A stretch of DNA of 64,000 bases. Source: Alphaproteobacteria bacterium. GTDB lineage: Bacteria > Pseudomonadota > Alphaproteobacteria > G965222575. The stretch is from positions 288,001 to 352,000 of the forward strand of contig OZ244958.1 of NCBI GenBank assembly GCA_965222575.1, given 5' to 3'. A program made the position numbers and the translations under genes. Numbering within the stretch: position 1 is the stretch's first letter; every line of letters begins with the position of its first letter. The notes below the pieces were generated by a model. That model had not been told where the DNA came from, searched no databases, and was given only the letters and a program-made list of their open reading frames with translations. Shown one piece after another: positions 26,955-37,506 of this stretch.

Positions 26955-26990
26955 CCTGTCCTAATCTGTCCTAATCTGTCCTAACCTGTT
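26955..26990. repeat. 10-bp tandem repeat CTGTCCTAAT, about 3.5 copies
   Basis: Seen directly, ~50 bp from the tRNA-Met 3' end. Confidence 0.7.
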
Positions 26991-27039
26991 TTTACATGCC
27001 TTTATTTCTTTTCACACAGATCATCCTACTCAAAAGCCC

Positions 27040-27113
27040 TAGCGGGAGAGGGACTTGAACCCCCGACACATGGATTATGATTCCACTGCTCTAACCAACT
27101 GAGCTATCCCGCC
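27040..27113 (-). tRNA. tRNA-Met(CAT), elongator-like, CCA not encoded
   Basis: GGCGGGATAGCTCAGTTGGTTAGAGCA GTGGA AT CAT AA TCCAT...GGTTCAAGTCCCTCTCCCGCTA. Confidence 0.93.
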
Positions 27114-27229
27114 ATCACCTCCTTCTATTCTTCAAGATTTTTCCTCCCTTGACAAGATAGAATATCTCTTCACACGCCCCCTTGGACATGCTATCCTATC
27201 ACAATCAAAAAAAAAATAGAGAGAATAGC

Positions 27230-28252
27230 ATGGCTTCCACGAGAACTTCCGTACAAAAAAAAGACGCCAAAGATGCCTTAGAAAGCGTCTTAGAAAAAAT
27301 TAAAACCTCCTTCGGAAAAGGCACCATCATGCGTATGGGAGAAAATAAAGCCGAAGAAGTTGAAGCCATCTCCACCGGTAGCTTAGGCTTGGATATGGCG
27401 CTCGGAGTCGGCGGATTCCCAAAAGGAAGAGTCGTTGAAATCTATGGACCAGAATCCTCCGGAAAAACCACTCTAGCTCTACATTGTATAGCAGAATCTC
27501 AAAAAACCGGCGGAACATGCGCTTTTATCGACGCAGAACATGCTATTGACCCAATTTATGCCAAAAACTTAGGAGTAGATACAGACAATCTCCTAATCTC
27601 ACAACCCGATACAGGAGAACAAGGGCTACAAATCACAGAAAGCCTCGTTCAATCAGGCGTCGTAGACGTTATTGTCATCGATAGCGTTGCCGCTTTAATC
27701 CCAAAAGCAGAATTGACCGGCGAAATGGGGGGGAGTCACCCAGGCTTGCATGCCCGCCTCATGTCTCAGGCACTAAGAAAACTCACAGGCGTTATTCATA
27801 AATCCAAAACCCTGGTCATCTTCTTAAACCAATTGCGACAAAAAATCGGAGTCTACTACGGCGGCAACAATGAAGTCACAACAGGAGGAAATGCTTTGAA
27901 GTTTTATGCCTCTGTTCGTGTAGATATCCGCCGCAGAGAACCACTGAAAGAAGGAACCAAAGTGGTAGGAAATCGTACCAAAGTAAAATTGGTGAAAAAT
28001 AAAGTCGCTCCCCCGTTCAAAATCGTAGAGTTCGATATCTTCTATGGAAAAGGTATCCATAAAATACGAGAACTCTTAGACATCGGCCTCAACATCGGAG
28101 TCATTAAGAAATCTGGTGCCTATTTGTCCTATGGTGACAAAACCTTGGGGCATGGTATGACAAAAGCTACTCTGTTTTTGGAAAACGACCCTTCTCTAAC
28201 AGAGGATTTGAAAAAAGAAATTCAGGAGAAAATTACTTCAGAAAAACTCTAA
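27230..28252 (+). CDS. recA: Recombinase A
   Basis: [36 protein letters not shown]; start MAST. Confidence 0.98.
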   Translation: MASTRTSVQKKDAKDALESVLEKIKTSFGKGTIMRMGENKAEEVEAISTGSLGLDMALGVGGFPKGRVVEIYGPESSGKTTLALHCIAESQKTGGTCAFIDAEHAIDPIYAKNLGVDTDNLLISQPDTGEQGLQITESLVQSGVVDVIVIDSVAALIPKAELTGEMGGSHPGLHARLMSQALRKLTGVIHKSKTLVIFLNQLRQKIGVYYGGNNEVTTGGNALKFYASVRVDIRRREPLKEGTKVVGNRTKVKLVKNKVAPPFKIVEFDIFYGKGIHKIRELLDIGLNIGVIKKSGAYLSYGDKTLGHGMTKATLFLENDPSLTEDLKKEIQEKITSEKL

Positions 28253-28257
28253 AAGGG

Positions 28258-28416
28258 ATGCTAGTGAACAAAAAAGAAAGAGCCCTTGCTCCTAAGGATA
28301 AAGCACTCAGAGAAAACTTGAAACGCCGTAAAAAACAACAGTCTAAAGCACTCCCTATTAAGAATCACGCATCAAGTTTAATCCTCAAAATGACACACCA
28401 CAAAAACGCATCATGA
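28258..28416 (+). CDS. Small basic hypothetical protein upstream of murA
   Basis: 52 aa, KALRENLKRRKKQ motif like the small alphaproteobacterial ORFs before murA; ATGA overlap with murA. Confidence 0.6.
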   Translation: MLVNKKERALAPKDKALRENLKRRKKQQSKALPIKNHASSLILKMTHHKNAS

Positions 28417-29690
28417 CAGCTTTTGTCATGCAAGGAGGACACGCTCTCTTTGGACAAATTCCTATTAGCGGCGCTAAAAATGCCACCTTGCCCCTCCTCG
28501 CCGCCTCTTTTCTAACACATGAACCCTTTTCTCTCCTCCATGTGCCAAAACTCATAGACACAACAACTATGCTCGCTCTCCTCCGCGCCATGGGAGCTCA
28601 TATCAAGGAAGATTGGCAAAAAAAACTCCTCACTATCTCTACCGCTCATGTCAAAACCCTAGAACACAACCCCTCTTATGCCCCTCTCTTCCAGAAAATA
28701 CGCGCAAGTATCTTGTTGCTAGGACCACTGCTTGCGAGATTCTCAAAAGCTTATGCCATGATACCAGGGGGTTGTGCCATCGGCAAACGTCCTATTGATA
28801 TTCACCTAGAATGCCTCAAAAAAATGGGCGCAACCATTCAAGTGAATCAGCACCTCATACAAGCTTCTGCTCCAAAAGGATTGAAAGGAACACATATCCG
28901 CTTGCCCTTCCCTTCCGTAGGAGGAACAGAAAATCTCTTAATGGCCGCAACAGCCGCTAAAGGCGAAACTATTCTGGAAAATGTCGCTCTCGAACCAGAA
29001 ATCGATGACCTCATCACTTGCCTGAAATCTATGGGCGCTACTATCTCCAGACCAACAGCGAACACTCTCCTCATAAAAGGAGAAAAACCCTTATCCGGTA
29101 CAACTCACCACATTATGCCAGATAGAATAGAAGCCGGTACCTATTGTATCGCCGCCGCCATGACAAAAGGAGAAATTACACTCAAAGGCGCCAAAAGTCA
29201 GCACATGACTACCTTCCTATCGGCTCTCAAACAAGCAGGCGCTTCCATCACAGAAGGAGACAATACCCTCACAGTAAAACAACAAACAGAACTAAAAGCT
29301 CTCTCCATCACCACAGGCCCTTTCCCCGCTTTCCCCACAGACCTACAAGCCCAATTCCTAGCTATGATGACCCTAGCAAAAGGAACTAGCTGTATCAAAG
29401 AAACTGTCTTCGAAAATCGCTTCCTGCATGTCCAACAATTACAACGCCTCGGCGCCTCCATTACTATGGAGGGAAGAAAAGCTTACGTGAAAGGAGGCAC
29501 GCCTCTAACAGGCAATAAGGTAGAAGCCACAGACCTTAGAGCTTCTGTTTGCCTCGTATTAGCAGGACTATGCGCAAAAGGGCAAACCACCATTACCCAT
29601 ATCCATCACCTCGACAGAGGATATGAAGACCTAGAACATAAACTCTCCGCCTTAGGGGCCAATATCAAAAGAGTCTCAACTCCAGTGTGA
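28413..29690 (+). CDS. murA: UDP-N-acetylglucosamine 1-carboxyvinyltransferase
   Basis: SGAKNA, PGGCAIGKRP, FPTDLQAQ, TDLRAS. Confidence 0.97.
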   Translation: MTAFVMQGGHALFGQIPISGAKNATLPLLAASFLTHEPFSLLHVPKLIDTTTMLALLRAMGAHIKEDWQKKLLTISTAHVKTLEHNPSYAPLFQKIRASILLLGPLLARFSKAYAMIPGGCAIGKRPIDIHLECLKKMGATIQVNQHLIQASAPKGLKGTHIRLPFPSVGGTENLLMAATAAKGETILENVALEPEIDDLITCLKSMGATISRPTANTLLIKGEKPLSGTTHHIMPDRIEAGTYCIAAAMTKGEITLKGAKSQHMTTFLSALKQAGASITEGDNTLTVKQQTELKALSITTGPFPAFPTDLQAQFLAMMTLAKGTSCIKETVFENRFLHVQQLQRLGASITMEGRKAYVKGGTPLTGNKVEATDLRASVCLVLAGLCAKGQTTITHIHHLDRGYEDLEHKLSALGANIKRVSTPV

Positions 29691-29778
29691 TTTCTTCACT
29701 TTTACAGGAATGGTAAGATTGATATCAATCTTTTTTATGTTATAATGGCTTTCCTGATACACAAGACAAAGACCATCA

Positions 29779-30114
29779 ATGAGTATTAGCACCCGTCTTT
29801 ATACCTTTTTTAAGGGGCAGTATCAGGGACAAGATGAAAAGGGCAACCGATATTATTGTCACCGCTATAATCTTAAAAAGCGGTGGGTCCTCTATAAAAC
29901 AGAGGTAGAAGCGTCTTGTGTACCCCCCCTTTGGAACGCTTGGCTACACGGCAATCAGGACGAGTTGCCCTCTCCTTACAAACCTCGGTGGTGGGAAAAA
30001 TCTTGGGTTGGAAACCAAACAGGAACTAAAAGGGCGTATTTCCCTAAAGACCCTCTTGCCTTCAAGAACCCTTTACTTTATACGCCATGGACTCCAGCTA
30101 ATAAGAAAAAATGA
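29779..30114 (+). CDS. NDUFA12-family complex I accessory protein
   Basis: GQDEKGNRYY, KRWVLY, EASCVPPLWNAWLH. Confidence 0.88.
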   Translation: MSISTRLYTFFKGQYQGQDEKGNRYYCHRYNLKKRWVLYKTEVEASCVPPLWNAWLHGNQDELPSPYKPRWWEKSWVGNQTGTKRAYFPKDPLAFKNPLLYTPWTPANKKK

Positions 30115-30554
30115 AGTCTAATGTCTTTGAAACCTTGATTGGCGCTGTTGTCTTAGTAAGCGCGGGCTGTTTTCTGTTTTTCGCTTACAGTGTAAGCGGT
30201 ATGAAAGTTTCTACCGACACCTACAAGCTACGAGCGCGCTTTCAAAATATAGGAACTGTCACACTCGGTAGTGATGTCAAAATCAGTGGTATCACTGTTG
30301 GTAAAGTGGTGAAACAAACATTAGACCCGCAAACTTTTCAAGCCATTCTCACCTTGGAAATAGAGAACGCTATTGACTTGCCTAGAGATAGCTCCGTTAC
30401 CATTTTAGCCTCAGGATTACTCGGAGGAGGCTATGTGAAGATAGACCCGGGAGGCGATGACCTTTTATTAAAAGAAGGGGAGCTCATTCTCTACACGCAA
30501 GATTATATCGGCTTTATCGATATACTAGGAAAACTTTTCTCCTTAGGAAAATGA
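30111..30554 (+). CDS. mlaD: Outer-membrane lipid asymmetry MCE protein
   Basis: ETLIGAVVL, GSDVKISGITVGKV, SGLLGG. Confidence 0.9.
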   Translation: MKSNVFETLIGAVVLVSAGCFLFFAYSVSGMKVSTDTYKLRARFQNIGTVTLGSDVKISGITVGKVVKQTLDPQTFQAILTLEIENAIDLPRDSSVTILASGLLGGGYVKIDPGGDDLLLKEGELILYTQDYIGFIDILGKLFSLGK

Positions 30555-30892
30555 TACGCCACACACTTTTGCTAGGAGTCGCTCTCTTTTCTATGGCGGC
30601 TCAAGGACAAGAGGTCACACTACAAATTCTCGATAAAGTCATTGGGAAAGCCTATCAGGTCACACTTAAAGAACAACAGTGGCAACAGGTAGGGGCTCTA
30701 CAAATCAGGGCGCGGCAATGTATACGATACCCCCGCCCAACACCTCAAGAAGCTGTCTTTCTTGAAATTAAAGACTCGTCTTCAGACTCCATGTTAGGGG
30801 AACGCTGGTTTTTTACCCAGCTCACAACAACCTTCTTTGACCATTCCGTCTATGATATCAGACCCCTTTCCTGTAAAACCTCTTCTCCTTAA
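30551..30892 (+). CDS. DUF2155-family exported protein
   Basis: LQILDKVIG...FDHSVYDI; usual position after mlaD. Confidence 0.75.
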   Translation: MIRHTLLLGVALFSMAAQGQEVTLQILDKVIGKAYQVTLKEQQWQQVGALQIRARQCIRYPRPTPQEAVFLEIKDSSSDSMLGERWFFTQLTTTFFDHSVYDIRPLSCKTSSP

Positions 30893-32247
30893 GAAATCTG
30901 TTCCTTAAGCATAGGAAGAGTCGTCTCTAGCCAATGAATATCATAGTTGCCATCCACAATATCCGGGTGATTTATAATCGCTCTGTGTAAAGGACACAAG
31001 GTTTTAATCCCTTCCACCACCATTTCTTCAAGGGCTCTGTCCATGCGTCTTAAGGCTTCATCTCTTGTGTTGCCTTTGGTAATGATTTTCGCAAACATAC
31101 TATCGTAACAAGAGGGCATGGTATAGCCGCTATAAGCCACCGTATCAACTCGTACACCGATGCCTCCCGGCATATGATAGTGTTCGATATATCCCGGCGA
31201 TGGTAAAAAGGTTAAGGGGTCTTCCGCATTTATACGGCACTCTATAGCGTGGCCTTTAGGCACCATGATATCCTCTTGAGAAAAGGAAAGTTTATTGCCT
31301 TGGGCAATATGGATTTGCTCTTTGACCAAATCAACACCAGAAATTTCCTCTGTAATAGGGTGTTCCACTTGTAGTCGTGTGTTCATCTCTATAAAATAGA
31401 GCTTTTTGCCATCATATAAGAACTCCAAAGTTCCAGCGCCAACATATCCGTACGCTTTTATGAAAGCGCAAATTTTTTGCATCATTTTTTGCCTTAAAGC
31501 CACTGGAAAATGTGGAGAAGGCGTTTCTTCAACGATTTTTTGATGCTTCCTTTGAGTCGAACAGTCTCTTTCTGGAAAACACACAACATTGCCATGGGTA
31601 TCTGCTAGGACTTGAAACTCTATATGTCGCGGATTCAACAGATACTTTTCAACATACATATCCCCGCATCCGAAAGCGACTCTTGCTTCTTGAGACGCTA
31701 GATCGTAAGCTCTTGCAAGAGAGCGTTTATCAGTGACCAAGCGCATGCCACGTCCCCCGCCTCCCGATACAGCTTTCAATAACACAGGAAACTTAAGGCG
31801 CTCAGCTTGTTCACCAGCCGCCTTAGCACTGTTCGCAACGCTCGTCACCCCCGGCACGGAAGGAATGTTGTACTGCGCCGCTGTGGCTTTCGCCATAACT
31901 TTATTCCCCATGGTACGAATGTGTTCAGGACTCGGGCCAATGAAAATCATGTTGTGTAAAAGAACAGCAGTAGCAAATTTTGCATTCTCCGCTAAAAATC
32001 CCACCCCCGGGTGAATGGCTTCTGCATGAGTAATCTGGGCCGCTGCAATCACAGCGGGAATGTTCAAATAACTCTCCAAAGGAGAATCCTTCCCTATGCA
32101 AACACTTTCATCGGCTAGCAACACATGAGCAGAATTCTTATCCGTTACCGAATGCACAGCAATCGTTTGTAGCCCCATATCCTTACAAGTCCTCAAAATG
32201 CGTAAGGCAAGCTCCCCCCTGTTTGCTATCAAAACTTTTTGAAACAC
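30889..32247 (-). CDS. accC: Acetyl-CoA carboxylase biotin carboxylase
   Basis: IANRGE, GGGGRGMR, EMNTRLQVEH, RINAED. Confidence 0.97.
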   Translation of the reverse strand: MFQKVLIANRGELALRILRTCKDMGLQTIAVHSVTDKNSAHVLLADESVCIGKDSPLESYLNIPAVIAAAQITHAEAIHPGVGFLAENAKFATAVLLHNMIFIGPSPEHIRTMGNKVMAKATAAQYNIPSVPGVTSVANSAKAAGEQAERLKFPVLLKAVSGGGGRGMRLVTDKRSLARAYDLASQEARVAFGCGDMYVEKYLLNPRHIEFQVLADTHGNVVCFPERDCSTQRKHQKIVEETPSPHFPVALRQKMMQKICAFIKAYGYVGAGTLEFLYDGKKLYFIEMNTRLQVEHPITEEISGVDLVKEQIHIAQGNKLSFSQEDIMVPKGHAIECRINAEDPLTFLPSPGYIEHYHMPGGIGVRVDTVAYSGYTMPSCYDSMFAKIITKGNTRDEALRRMDRALEEMVVEGIKTLCPLHRAIINHPDIVDGNYDIHWLETTLPMLKEQIS

Positions 32248-32694
32248 CTAATCCTCACTAATCACTGCTAACTGCTGGCCGAACTCTACCGGGTCTTCAT
32301 TCTCAACATCAATACTAGTAATTTCCCCAGAAACTGGAGAAATAATAGGATTCATTGTCTTCATCACCTCAATAATAAACATGGTTTGCCCTTTTTTTAC
32401 CTTTTTTCCCACTGTAATAAAAGACGGCGCCCCGGGCTTAGGCGACGTATAGACCGTCCCCACAATAGGACTTGTGACAGGGGTGCCATGACTAGATTCT
32501 TCACTAGCGACACCCTTATCATCACTTGCACTCCTTGCCTGTGAGGACGTTTCCACCACCACTCCTCCTTCTTGCTTGCGACAAAGACGAATGCTAGCAT
32601 CCCCCTCTTTCCACTCAATCTCTGTGAGATTATTATCATGCAAAGACTTTGCTAACAGCGCAATGATTTTTGTGTCAATATTAAGTTTCATCAC
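32248..32694 (-). CDS. accB: Biotin carboxyl carrier protein
   Basis: SPIVGT, IIEVMKTMN, VEFGQ. Confidence 0.93.
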   Translation of the reverse strand: MMKLNIDTKIIALLAKSLHDNNLTEIEWKEGDASIRLCRKQEGGVVVETSSQARSASDDKGVASEESSHGTPVTSPIVGTVYTSPKPGAPSFITVGKKVKKGQTMFIIEVMKTMNPIISPVSGEITSIDVENEDPVEFGQQLAVISED

Positions 32695-32702
32695 TAAGCG
32701 GA

Positions 32703-33023
32703 CTATTTTTTATAAGCCATATCACAATGTTTTTGACAATAAGGCTTATCTTTGAGGGTTTCAAGAGAGCAAAACCGAAAGGTTTTTTCTCCCGGAAAGC
32801 CAATAGGCCATTGACAGAGGTCTTTCTTTTTTTGTACGGGGGGTTTGACAAGAGAAGAGGTCTTTTTAGGGGGGAGTTTTAGTCTATGAGCTTTCCCAAT
32901 AACAGCATGTTTGGTGATGGAAGACCCTAAGAGTTTAGCAATATCAGTGCAATTTTTATCTGTTAACCAAAGGCTTTTTAGCTTAGCAATGGTTTCTTTT
33001 GTCCAAACCGTTTGTCTCACCAT
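32703..33023 (-). CDS. gcrA: GcrA cell-cycle regulator (short form)
   Basis: WT..LKSLW, AVIGKAHRL, CQWPIG, PYCQKH. Confidence 0.88.
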   Translation of the reverse strand: MVRQTVWTKETIAKLKSLWLTDKNCTDIAKLLGSSITKHAVIGKAHRLKLPPKKTSSLVKPPVQKKKDLCQWPIGFPGEKTFRFCSLETLKDKPYCQKHCDMAYKK

Positions 33024-33166
33024 TGTCCCCTTAAACTCAAAAAAAATAGAGTATCAGTATATCAAAGAGAGGGAATCCTTTTCAATCTCTTTATCATCAG
33101 GATGATGCTTAAGGGCGAAAGTGCTGGTTGCAGGGGCTTCCCCTTGAGCGGAGAATAAGGCGCTTA

Positions 33167-34312
33167 TCATAAGGGGCGAAAGGCGCTCTGGTTTTGAGGA
33201 AGATGAGAAAGCAAGAATTCTCTCCCTCTTTTGACGCTTTTCTGCCCATTATAAGTGATAATATCCGCTGTGGCATAGGTGCTACTCCAAGTGTGCGGAA
33301 AATAAGAGCCCGTGCCAATGGTATTGACTGGAGCCTTGACAGACCCGAAGAGTTTGCACTTTTCTGTGGTAAAATTAGAACTTGCTGTAATTTTCACCTT
33401 TTCAAAGCCATGTTTATCCAAGGTTTCTCTGAGATGAAACAGTGCTGCCGCACTAACGCCTGTTCCTAAAAGATAGTGTAACTCGTGCGGTTCTCTGTAA
33501 TGTCTGATGGCTTCTGGTACACATCGTTCAATAACGCCATAAGAGCGTTCAGGGTCTAACCCTTGTACATATCGTCCCCCATGGGTATCAATGCGTACAG
33601 CAAGGTCTACAAGGCCTGAAAAATGTTGACAGACTCTTAACGTATCGTCTAGTTCCTTTCCAAAATAGTCTATCAGCACTGTTAAGGGGTCATGAGGAAA
33701 AGAGCGGTGGTATAATTGAGCGGCTTTGAGGGTATCTTTAGCATATCCTATGAGAGAGTGGGGCATAGTCCCAAGTCCTCTTTTCAGTCCAAAAAAAGGA
33801 GCCGTTAAATCTGTAGAGGTTCCAATAAATCCTTTTGCCCCCGCGGCTTGCGCCTTTTTACTGCCAACAAACGCCCCATAAGCCATAGCTATAGCCATAT
33901 CCTTGCCTGTACAGTGACGGCTGTCCATGGCCATAAAGGCAGCATAAGGACAAGAATGGGTCATGTGAAAAACAGTGTAGGCTATGACACAAGGAGGGCC
34001 GAGCTTCTGTAAACAGAGTGTTTCAACTTCCGATAAAACTTGTAAACTCCCTTTCAGCAATAACAGCACATTGCCGCCTCCTACAAAGTCTCCCTCTTGA
34101 TAGGGAGAAAATACGCTAATAGGCTTCTTTCTCAAGACTTTCACTTGTTTGAGGAAGTCTTCTATGAGCTTTGGTGCGTAAATCACCGGTTGGCGAATAA
34201 AAAAGGCATAGATCACTTCTACATCTCCATTTTCTTCCACAATACGAGCGGTTTTGGAGAAATACTTATCGGTTTCCTCCAAGAGTGTTTTTTCCGTCAG
34301 CGAATCGGTCAT
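33167..34312 (-). CDS. Nicotinate phosphoribosyltransferase-like protein
   Basis: TDKYF, MDSRHC, GTMPHSLIG, VLIDY, VRIDTHGGR. Confidence 0.8.
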   Translation of the reverse strand: MTDSLTEKTLLEETDKYFSKTARIVEENGDVEVIYAFFIRQPVIYAPKLIEDFLKQVKVLRKKPISVFSPYQEGDFVGGGNVLLLLKGSLQVLSEVETLCLQKLGPPCVIAYTVFHMTHSCPYAAFMAMDSRHCTGKDMAIAMAYGAFVGSKKAQAAGAKGFIGTSTDLTAPFFGLKRGLGTMPHSLIGYAKDTLKAAQLYHRSFPHDPLTVLIDYFGKELDDTLRVCQHFSGLVDLAVRIDTHGGRYVQGLDPERSYGVIERCVPEAIRHYREPHELHYLLGTGVSAAALFHLRETLDKHGFEKVKITASSNFTTEKCKLFGSVKAPVNTIGTGSYFPHTWSSTYATADIITYNGQKSVKRGREFLLSHLPQNQSAFRPL

Positions 34313-34824
34313 TTTCTCTCCATTGTTAAAAATTCAAAGACCAACTCCTTTTCTTTTTTCCTTTCTTGCTTCAGAATCGTCCAGTCTACAAGATTCAAAG
34401 GGGGAAATTTTGTGTCTCCCTGAAAATCTTTGAGAATACGCGTCATATAAAGACGTGTCACCAAAGGTAAGGTTTGTTCATAGAGCGTTTGTCCGCCGAT
34501 ACAAAAAAATTCCTCAACCCCGTGTTGCACACAATAGTCCTTTGCCGCTTGAAGTGCCTCTTCCAAAGAAGAGACATAAAAAACATGGGGAGCCTGTTTA
34601 GGCTCATGGGTTAGCACAATGTTGTAGCGATGAACCAAAGGCTTAGAGAAGGATTGAAAGGTTTTACGTCCCATAATCACAGGGTGATATAAGGTGATTT
34701 TTTTGAAGTGTTGCATATCTTCTTTGATACGCCATGGAAGAGACCCCCTTTGTCCAATGACATGATTTTGCGCCATTGCTACAATAATAGAAAAACGCAA
34801 GGACATAACGAAACTAAACGGCAA
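34309..34824 (-). CDS. folA: Dihydrofolate reductase
   Basis: VIG..LPW, IMGRKT, IGG, GDTKFP. Confidence 0.95.
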   Translation of the reverse strand: MPFSFVMSLRFSIIVAMAQNHVIGQRGSLPWRIKEDMQHFKKITLYHPVIMGRKTFQSFSKPLVHRYNIVLTHEPKQAPHVFYVSSLEEALQAAKDYCVQHGVEEFFCIGGQTLYEQTLPLVTRLYMTRILKDFQGDTKFPPLNLVDWTILKQERKKEKELVFEFLTMERK

Positions 34825-35614
34825 TAGGAGCTTTTATGTGAGCATGGGGGTGATAGGAACACAAGAGTATATCCTGGACACGAAAGTCAAAAATGTTAGT
34901 AATATCTTGGTTGAGCTTTAGTGTGGGAAGAGGGCGCGGTAAGCGCTTCGACTGCGTCTTAGCTTGGTGTATATGGTTCAGATACAGATGCGTATCACCC
35001 GTTGAGATAATAAGCTCTCCCGGTCTTAACTTTGTGACTTGTGCAATCATCAGTGTTAAGAGGCTATAGGAGGCAATGTTGAAGGGTAAGCCTAGGAAGA
35101 CATCTACACTGCGTTGATAGAGGTGACAACTGAGAATTGCGTTGGTGACATTAAACTGAAAGAAGCAATGACAAGGAGGAAGGGACATTTTGTCTAGTTC
35201 TCCTACATTCCAAGCACTAACAATATGGCGTCTGGAGTTAGGATTGTGCTTTAAGGTTTCTATCACATGAGAAATCTGGTCAAAAGAGCCTCCTTTTTGG
35301 GTTTTCCATCTGCGCCATTGTGCACCGTAGATAGGCCCTAACTCTCCTTGTGCATCAGCCCAAGGGTCCCATATCGTCACATCATGCCTCTTGAGATACT
35401 CAATATTCGTCTCTCCGCGCAAAAACCATAAAAGCTCAGTAACAATGGACTTCATATGGAGCTTTTTGGTGGTGAGAAGAGGATAAGGAACCAAGGGGAC
35501 TCTCAGTTGGCACCCAAAGAGACTCAAGGCCTTAATCCCTGTTCTATTCTGCTTTTCTTCTCCTGTCTTCAGAATTGTGTCTAGCAACTCAAGATAGACG
35601 CGCATAACACACAA
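34814..35614 (-). CDS. thyA: Thymidylate synthase
   Basis: LPPCH, YQRSVD, PFNIASY. Confidence 0.97.
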   Translation of the reverse strand: MCVMRVYLELLDTILKTGEEKQNRTGIKALSLFGCQLRVPLVPYPLLTTKKLHMKSIVTELLWFLRGETNIEYLKRHDVTIWDPWADAQGELGPIYGAQWRRWKTQKGGSFDQISHVIETLKHNPNSRRHIVSAWNVGELDKMSLPPCHCFFQFNVTNAILSCHLYQRSVDVFLGLPFNIASYSLLTLMIAQVTKLRPGELIISTGDTHLYLNHIHQAKTQSKRLPRPLPTLKLNQDITNIFDFRVQDILLCSYHPHAHIKAPIAV

Positions 35615-35627
35615 GTAAGGACAGCGG

Positions 35628-36176
35628 TTATTTTAATAAATTATTGCGCGACTCTGTTTCCTTAACAGATAATGAAAATCCTTTAAGAGAGAATTTAATT
35701 TCCAGAGGGCTTTCATTAAACCACTTCGTTTTCAACAACCCCTCACTTGAAGCAGCCCGAAAGGTCTTCAATAAATCATTGCTCAAAGACAATTCCACAA
35801 GACATCCCTGACCGGTACAGGTCTTAACGCTCAGTTTCGTGAACAAAACCCTTTTGTTGAGGGTCATTTGATAGCCTTCCGATAGCAAAGTCCCAAGAGG
35901 GGCGACAATATTCGCTGTGTATTTCCTCTTATCGGAATCGTAATCCACAACCATCACCATAATTTGCTGTTTATCCTCTGTATACACAGTATGAACAGCC
36001 TGACACTTCCAGATGCGTTTCGAATCTTCCGGGGCTTTGACACAAATGGTTTTCCAATTGCCATAGTTTAGCTCTATGGAATCGGAATCTAGCTCATTTG
36101 CTTGGGAGACATTGCCCCATAAAAAAGCGAAGCAGAAGAATAAAAAATAGATAAAAGAGTTCATAATTTTTCTCAC
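35628..36176 (-). CDS. Invasion-associated locus B (IalB) family protein
   Basis: Signal peptide, YGNWKTIC, APLGTLL, CTGQGC, FSLKGF. Confidence 0.78.
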   Translation of the reverse strand: MRKIMNSFIYFLFFCFAFLWGNVSQANELDSDSIELNYGNWKTICVKAPEDSKRIWKCQAVHTVYTEDKQQIMVMVVDYDSDKRKYTANIVAPLGTLLSEGYQMTLNKRVLFTKLSVKTCTGQGCLVELSLSNDLLKTFRAASSEGLLKTKWFNESPLEIKFSLKGFSLSVKETESRNNLLK

Positions 36177-36297
36177 CTATTACTTGATTATTTTCATGAA
36201 ACTCAATTGTAACGAACTACTGATTTAATGTAAAGGAAGTTTTGATTTTTGTTTGCGGTGTTTCTATAGTAGCGGCAAAGGGTGTAAGGAAACACAG

Positions 36298-37167
36298 ATG
36301 ATTATTGACGGCAAAGCTTATGCACAGGAGATTTGTGACTCCCTAAAAGCAGAGTGGCAAAAAATGCAAGTCGTTTCTCCTCCTCCGTGTCTAGGGGTTG
36401 TACAAGTGGGCAACAATCCTTCTTCTAGTCTTTACATTGAAAAGAAAAAAAAAACATGTGAATCCTTAGGCTTTCAGTGTCTTCATCGTCATTTTCCAGC
36501 AACTGTTCAACAGCACACACTGGAAAAAGAACTCAAGCATCTGAATAGCAACGACTCTGTTCATGGCATTATTGTTCAGTTGCCGCTGCCACCTCATATA
36601 GAGACTCAGTCTATTGTAGAAGCCATAGCCTCTCAAAAAGATGTAGATGGGTTCAGTGCTCAAAATGTTCAAAGACTCCGCACAGGGCAAGAAGGATTGT
36701 TCCCTTGTACGCCCCTTGGTTGTGTCACTCTTCTGAAGCGACTGCCTATTACTTTACAAGGCAAGCGCGCTCTTGTGATAGGGCGCTCTCAGGTGGTAGG
36801 TCGTCCTATGGCGGATATGCTGTTAAGGGAAAATTGCACCGTCACCATTGCCCACAGTCATACGCAAGACCTTCCTGCCTTGTGTAGGCAATCAGACATT
36901 GTCATCGCTGCCACAGGTCAAGCAGAAATGGTGAAAGGCAACTGGATTAAAAAAGACGCCGTTGTGTTAGATGTTGGCATCAACCGTATCATACGAGGAG
37001 GAAAACCTACAATTGTAGGCGATGTAGACTTCCCCGCAGCACTCAAACACACCCTAGCCATCACACCGGTACCCGGAGGAGTAGGCCCCATGACGGTCGC
37101 CATGTTAATGCGTAATGTCTGGAAGGCTTTCAACAGCCTAAAACAAAATCAGCGGACGCAACAATAA
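36298..37167 (+). CDS. folD: Methylene-THF dehydrogenase/cyclohydrolase
   Basis: IIDGK, VQLPLP, KDVDG, PCTP, TPVPGGVGPMT. Confidence 0.97.
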   Translation: MIIDGKAYAQEICDSLKAEWQKMQVVSPPPCLGVVQVGNNPSSSLYIEKKKKTCESLGFQCLHRHFPATVQQHTLEKELKHLNSNDSVHGIIVQLPLPPHIETQSIVEAIASQKDVDGFSAQNVQRLRTGQEGLFPCTPLGCVTLLKRLPITLQGKRALVIGRSQVVGRPMADMLLRENCTVTIAHSHTQDLPALCRQSDIVIAATGQAEMVKGNWIKKDAVVLDVGINRIIRGGKPTIVGDVDFPAALKHTLAITPVPGGVGPMTVAMLMRNVWKAFNSLKQNQRTQQ

Positions 37168-37461
37168 AAGGCCTAATATGGCCACAAGAGGAGAAAGGTC
37201 TATGCCTCCCAGATTCGGTAAAAGGCGTCGCAACGGGTCTAAAAGAGGCGAGGTTAGCCGCGTTAATAAATCATAGAGAAAACAAAATCTCTGATTGGCA
37301 ACAGTCAAAATCTGTAAAACAAACAACCAGTGAAAGATGGTATAGCCAATAATACAATAAATATAAAGACGTATGAGGGCGTCAATGACAAGAGATAACA
37401 AAGAAATCATTAAAAAAAAACCTGAGACCTTAGAGAACGCTGCCGTGAAGAAGTTTATCAA
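37138..37461 (-). CDS. YggT-family membrane protein
   Basis: LTSPLLDPLRRLLPNLGGIDLSPLVA. Confidence 0.9.
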   Translation of the reverse strand: MINFFTAAFSKVSGFFLMISLLSLVIDALIRLYIYCIIGYTIFHWLFVLQILTVANQRFCFLYDLLTRLTSPLLDPLRRLLPNLGGIDLSPLVAILGLLLLRPLILF

Positions 37462-37506
37462 ATTTTCTTGTTTGAAACAAGATAGAGCGTTACACTAGCA
37501 GTAACG

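Larger units (their letters stand above)
21620..27039. mobile_element. Degenerate AT-rich mosaic island between purH and tRNA-Met; boundaries approximate
   Basis: Excisionase stub, defence-type nuclease, SNF2 and collagen fragments, duplicated ankyrin/CRISPR-repeat units, tRNA at the right end. Confidence 0.7.
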
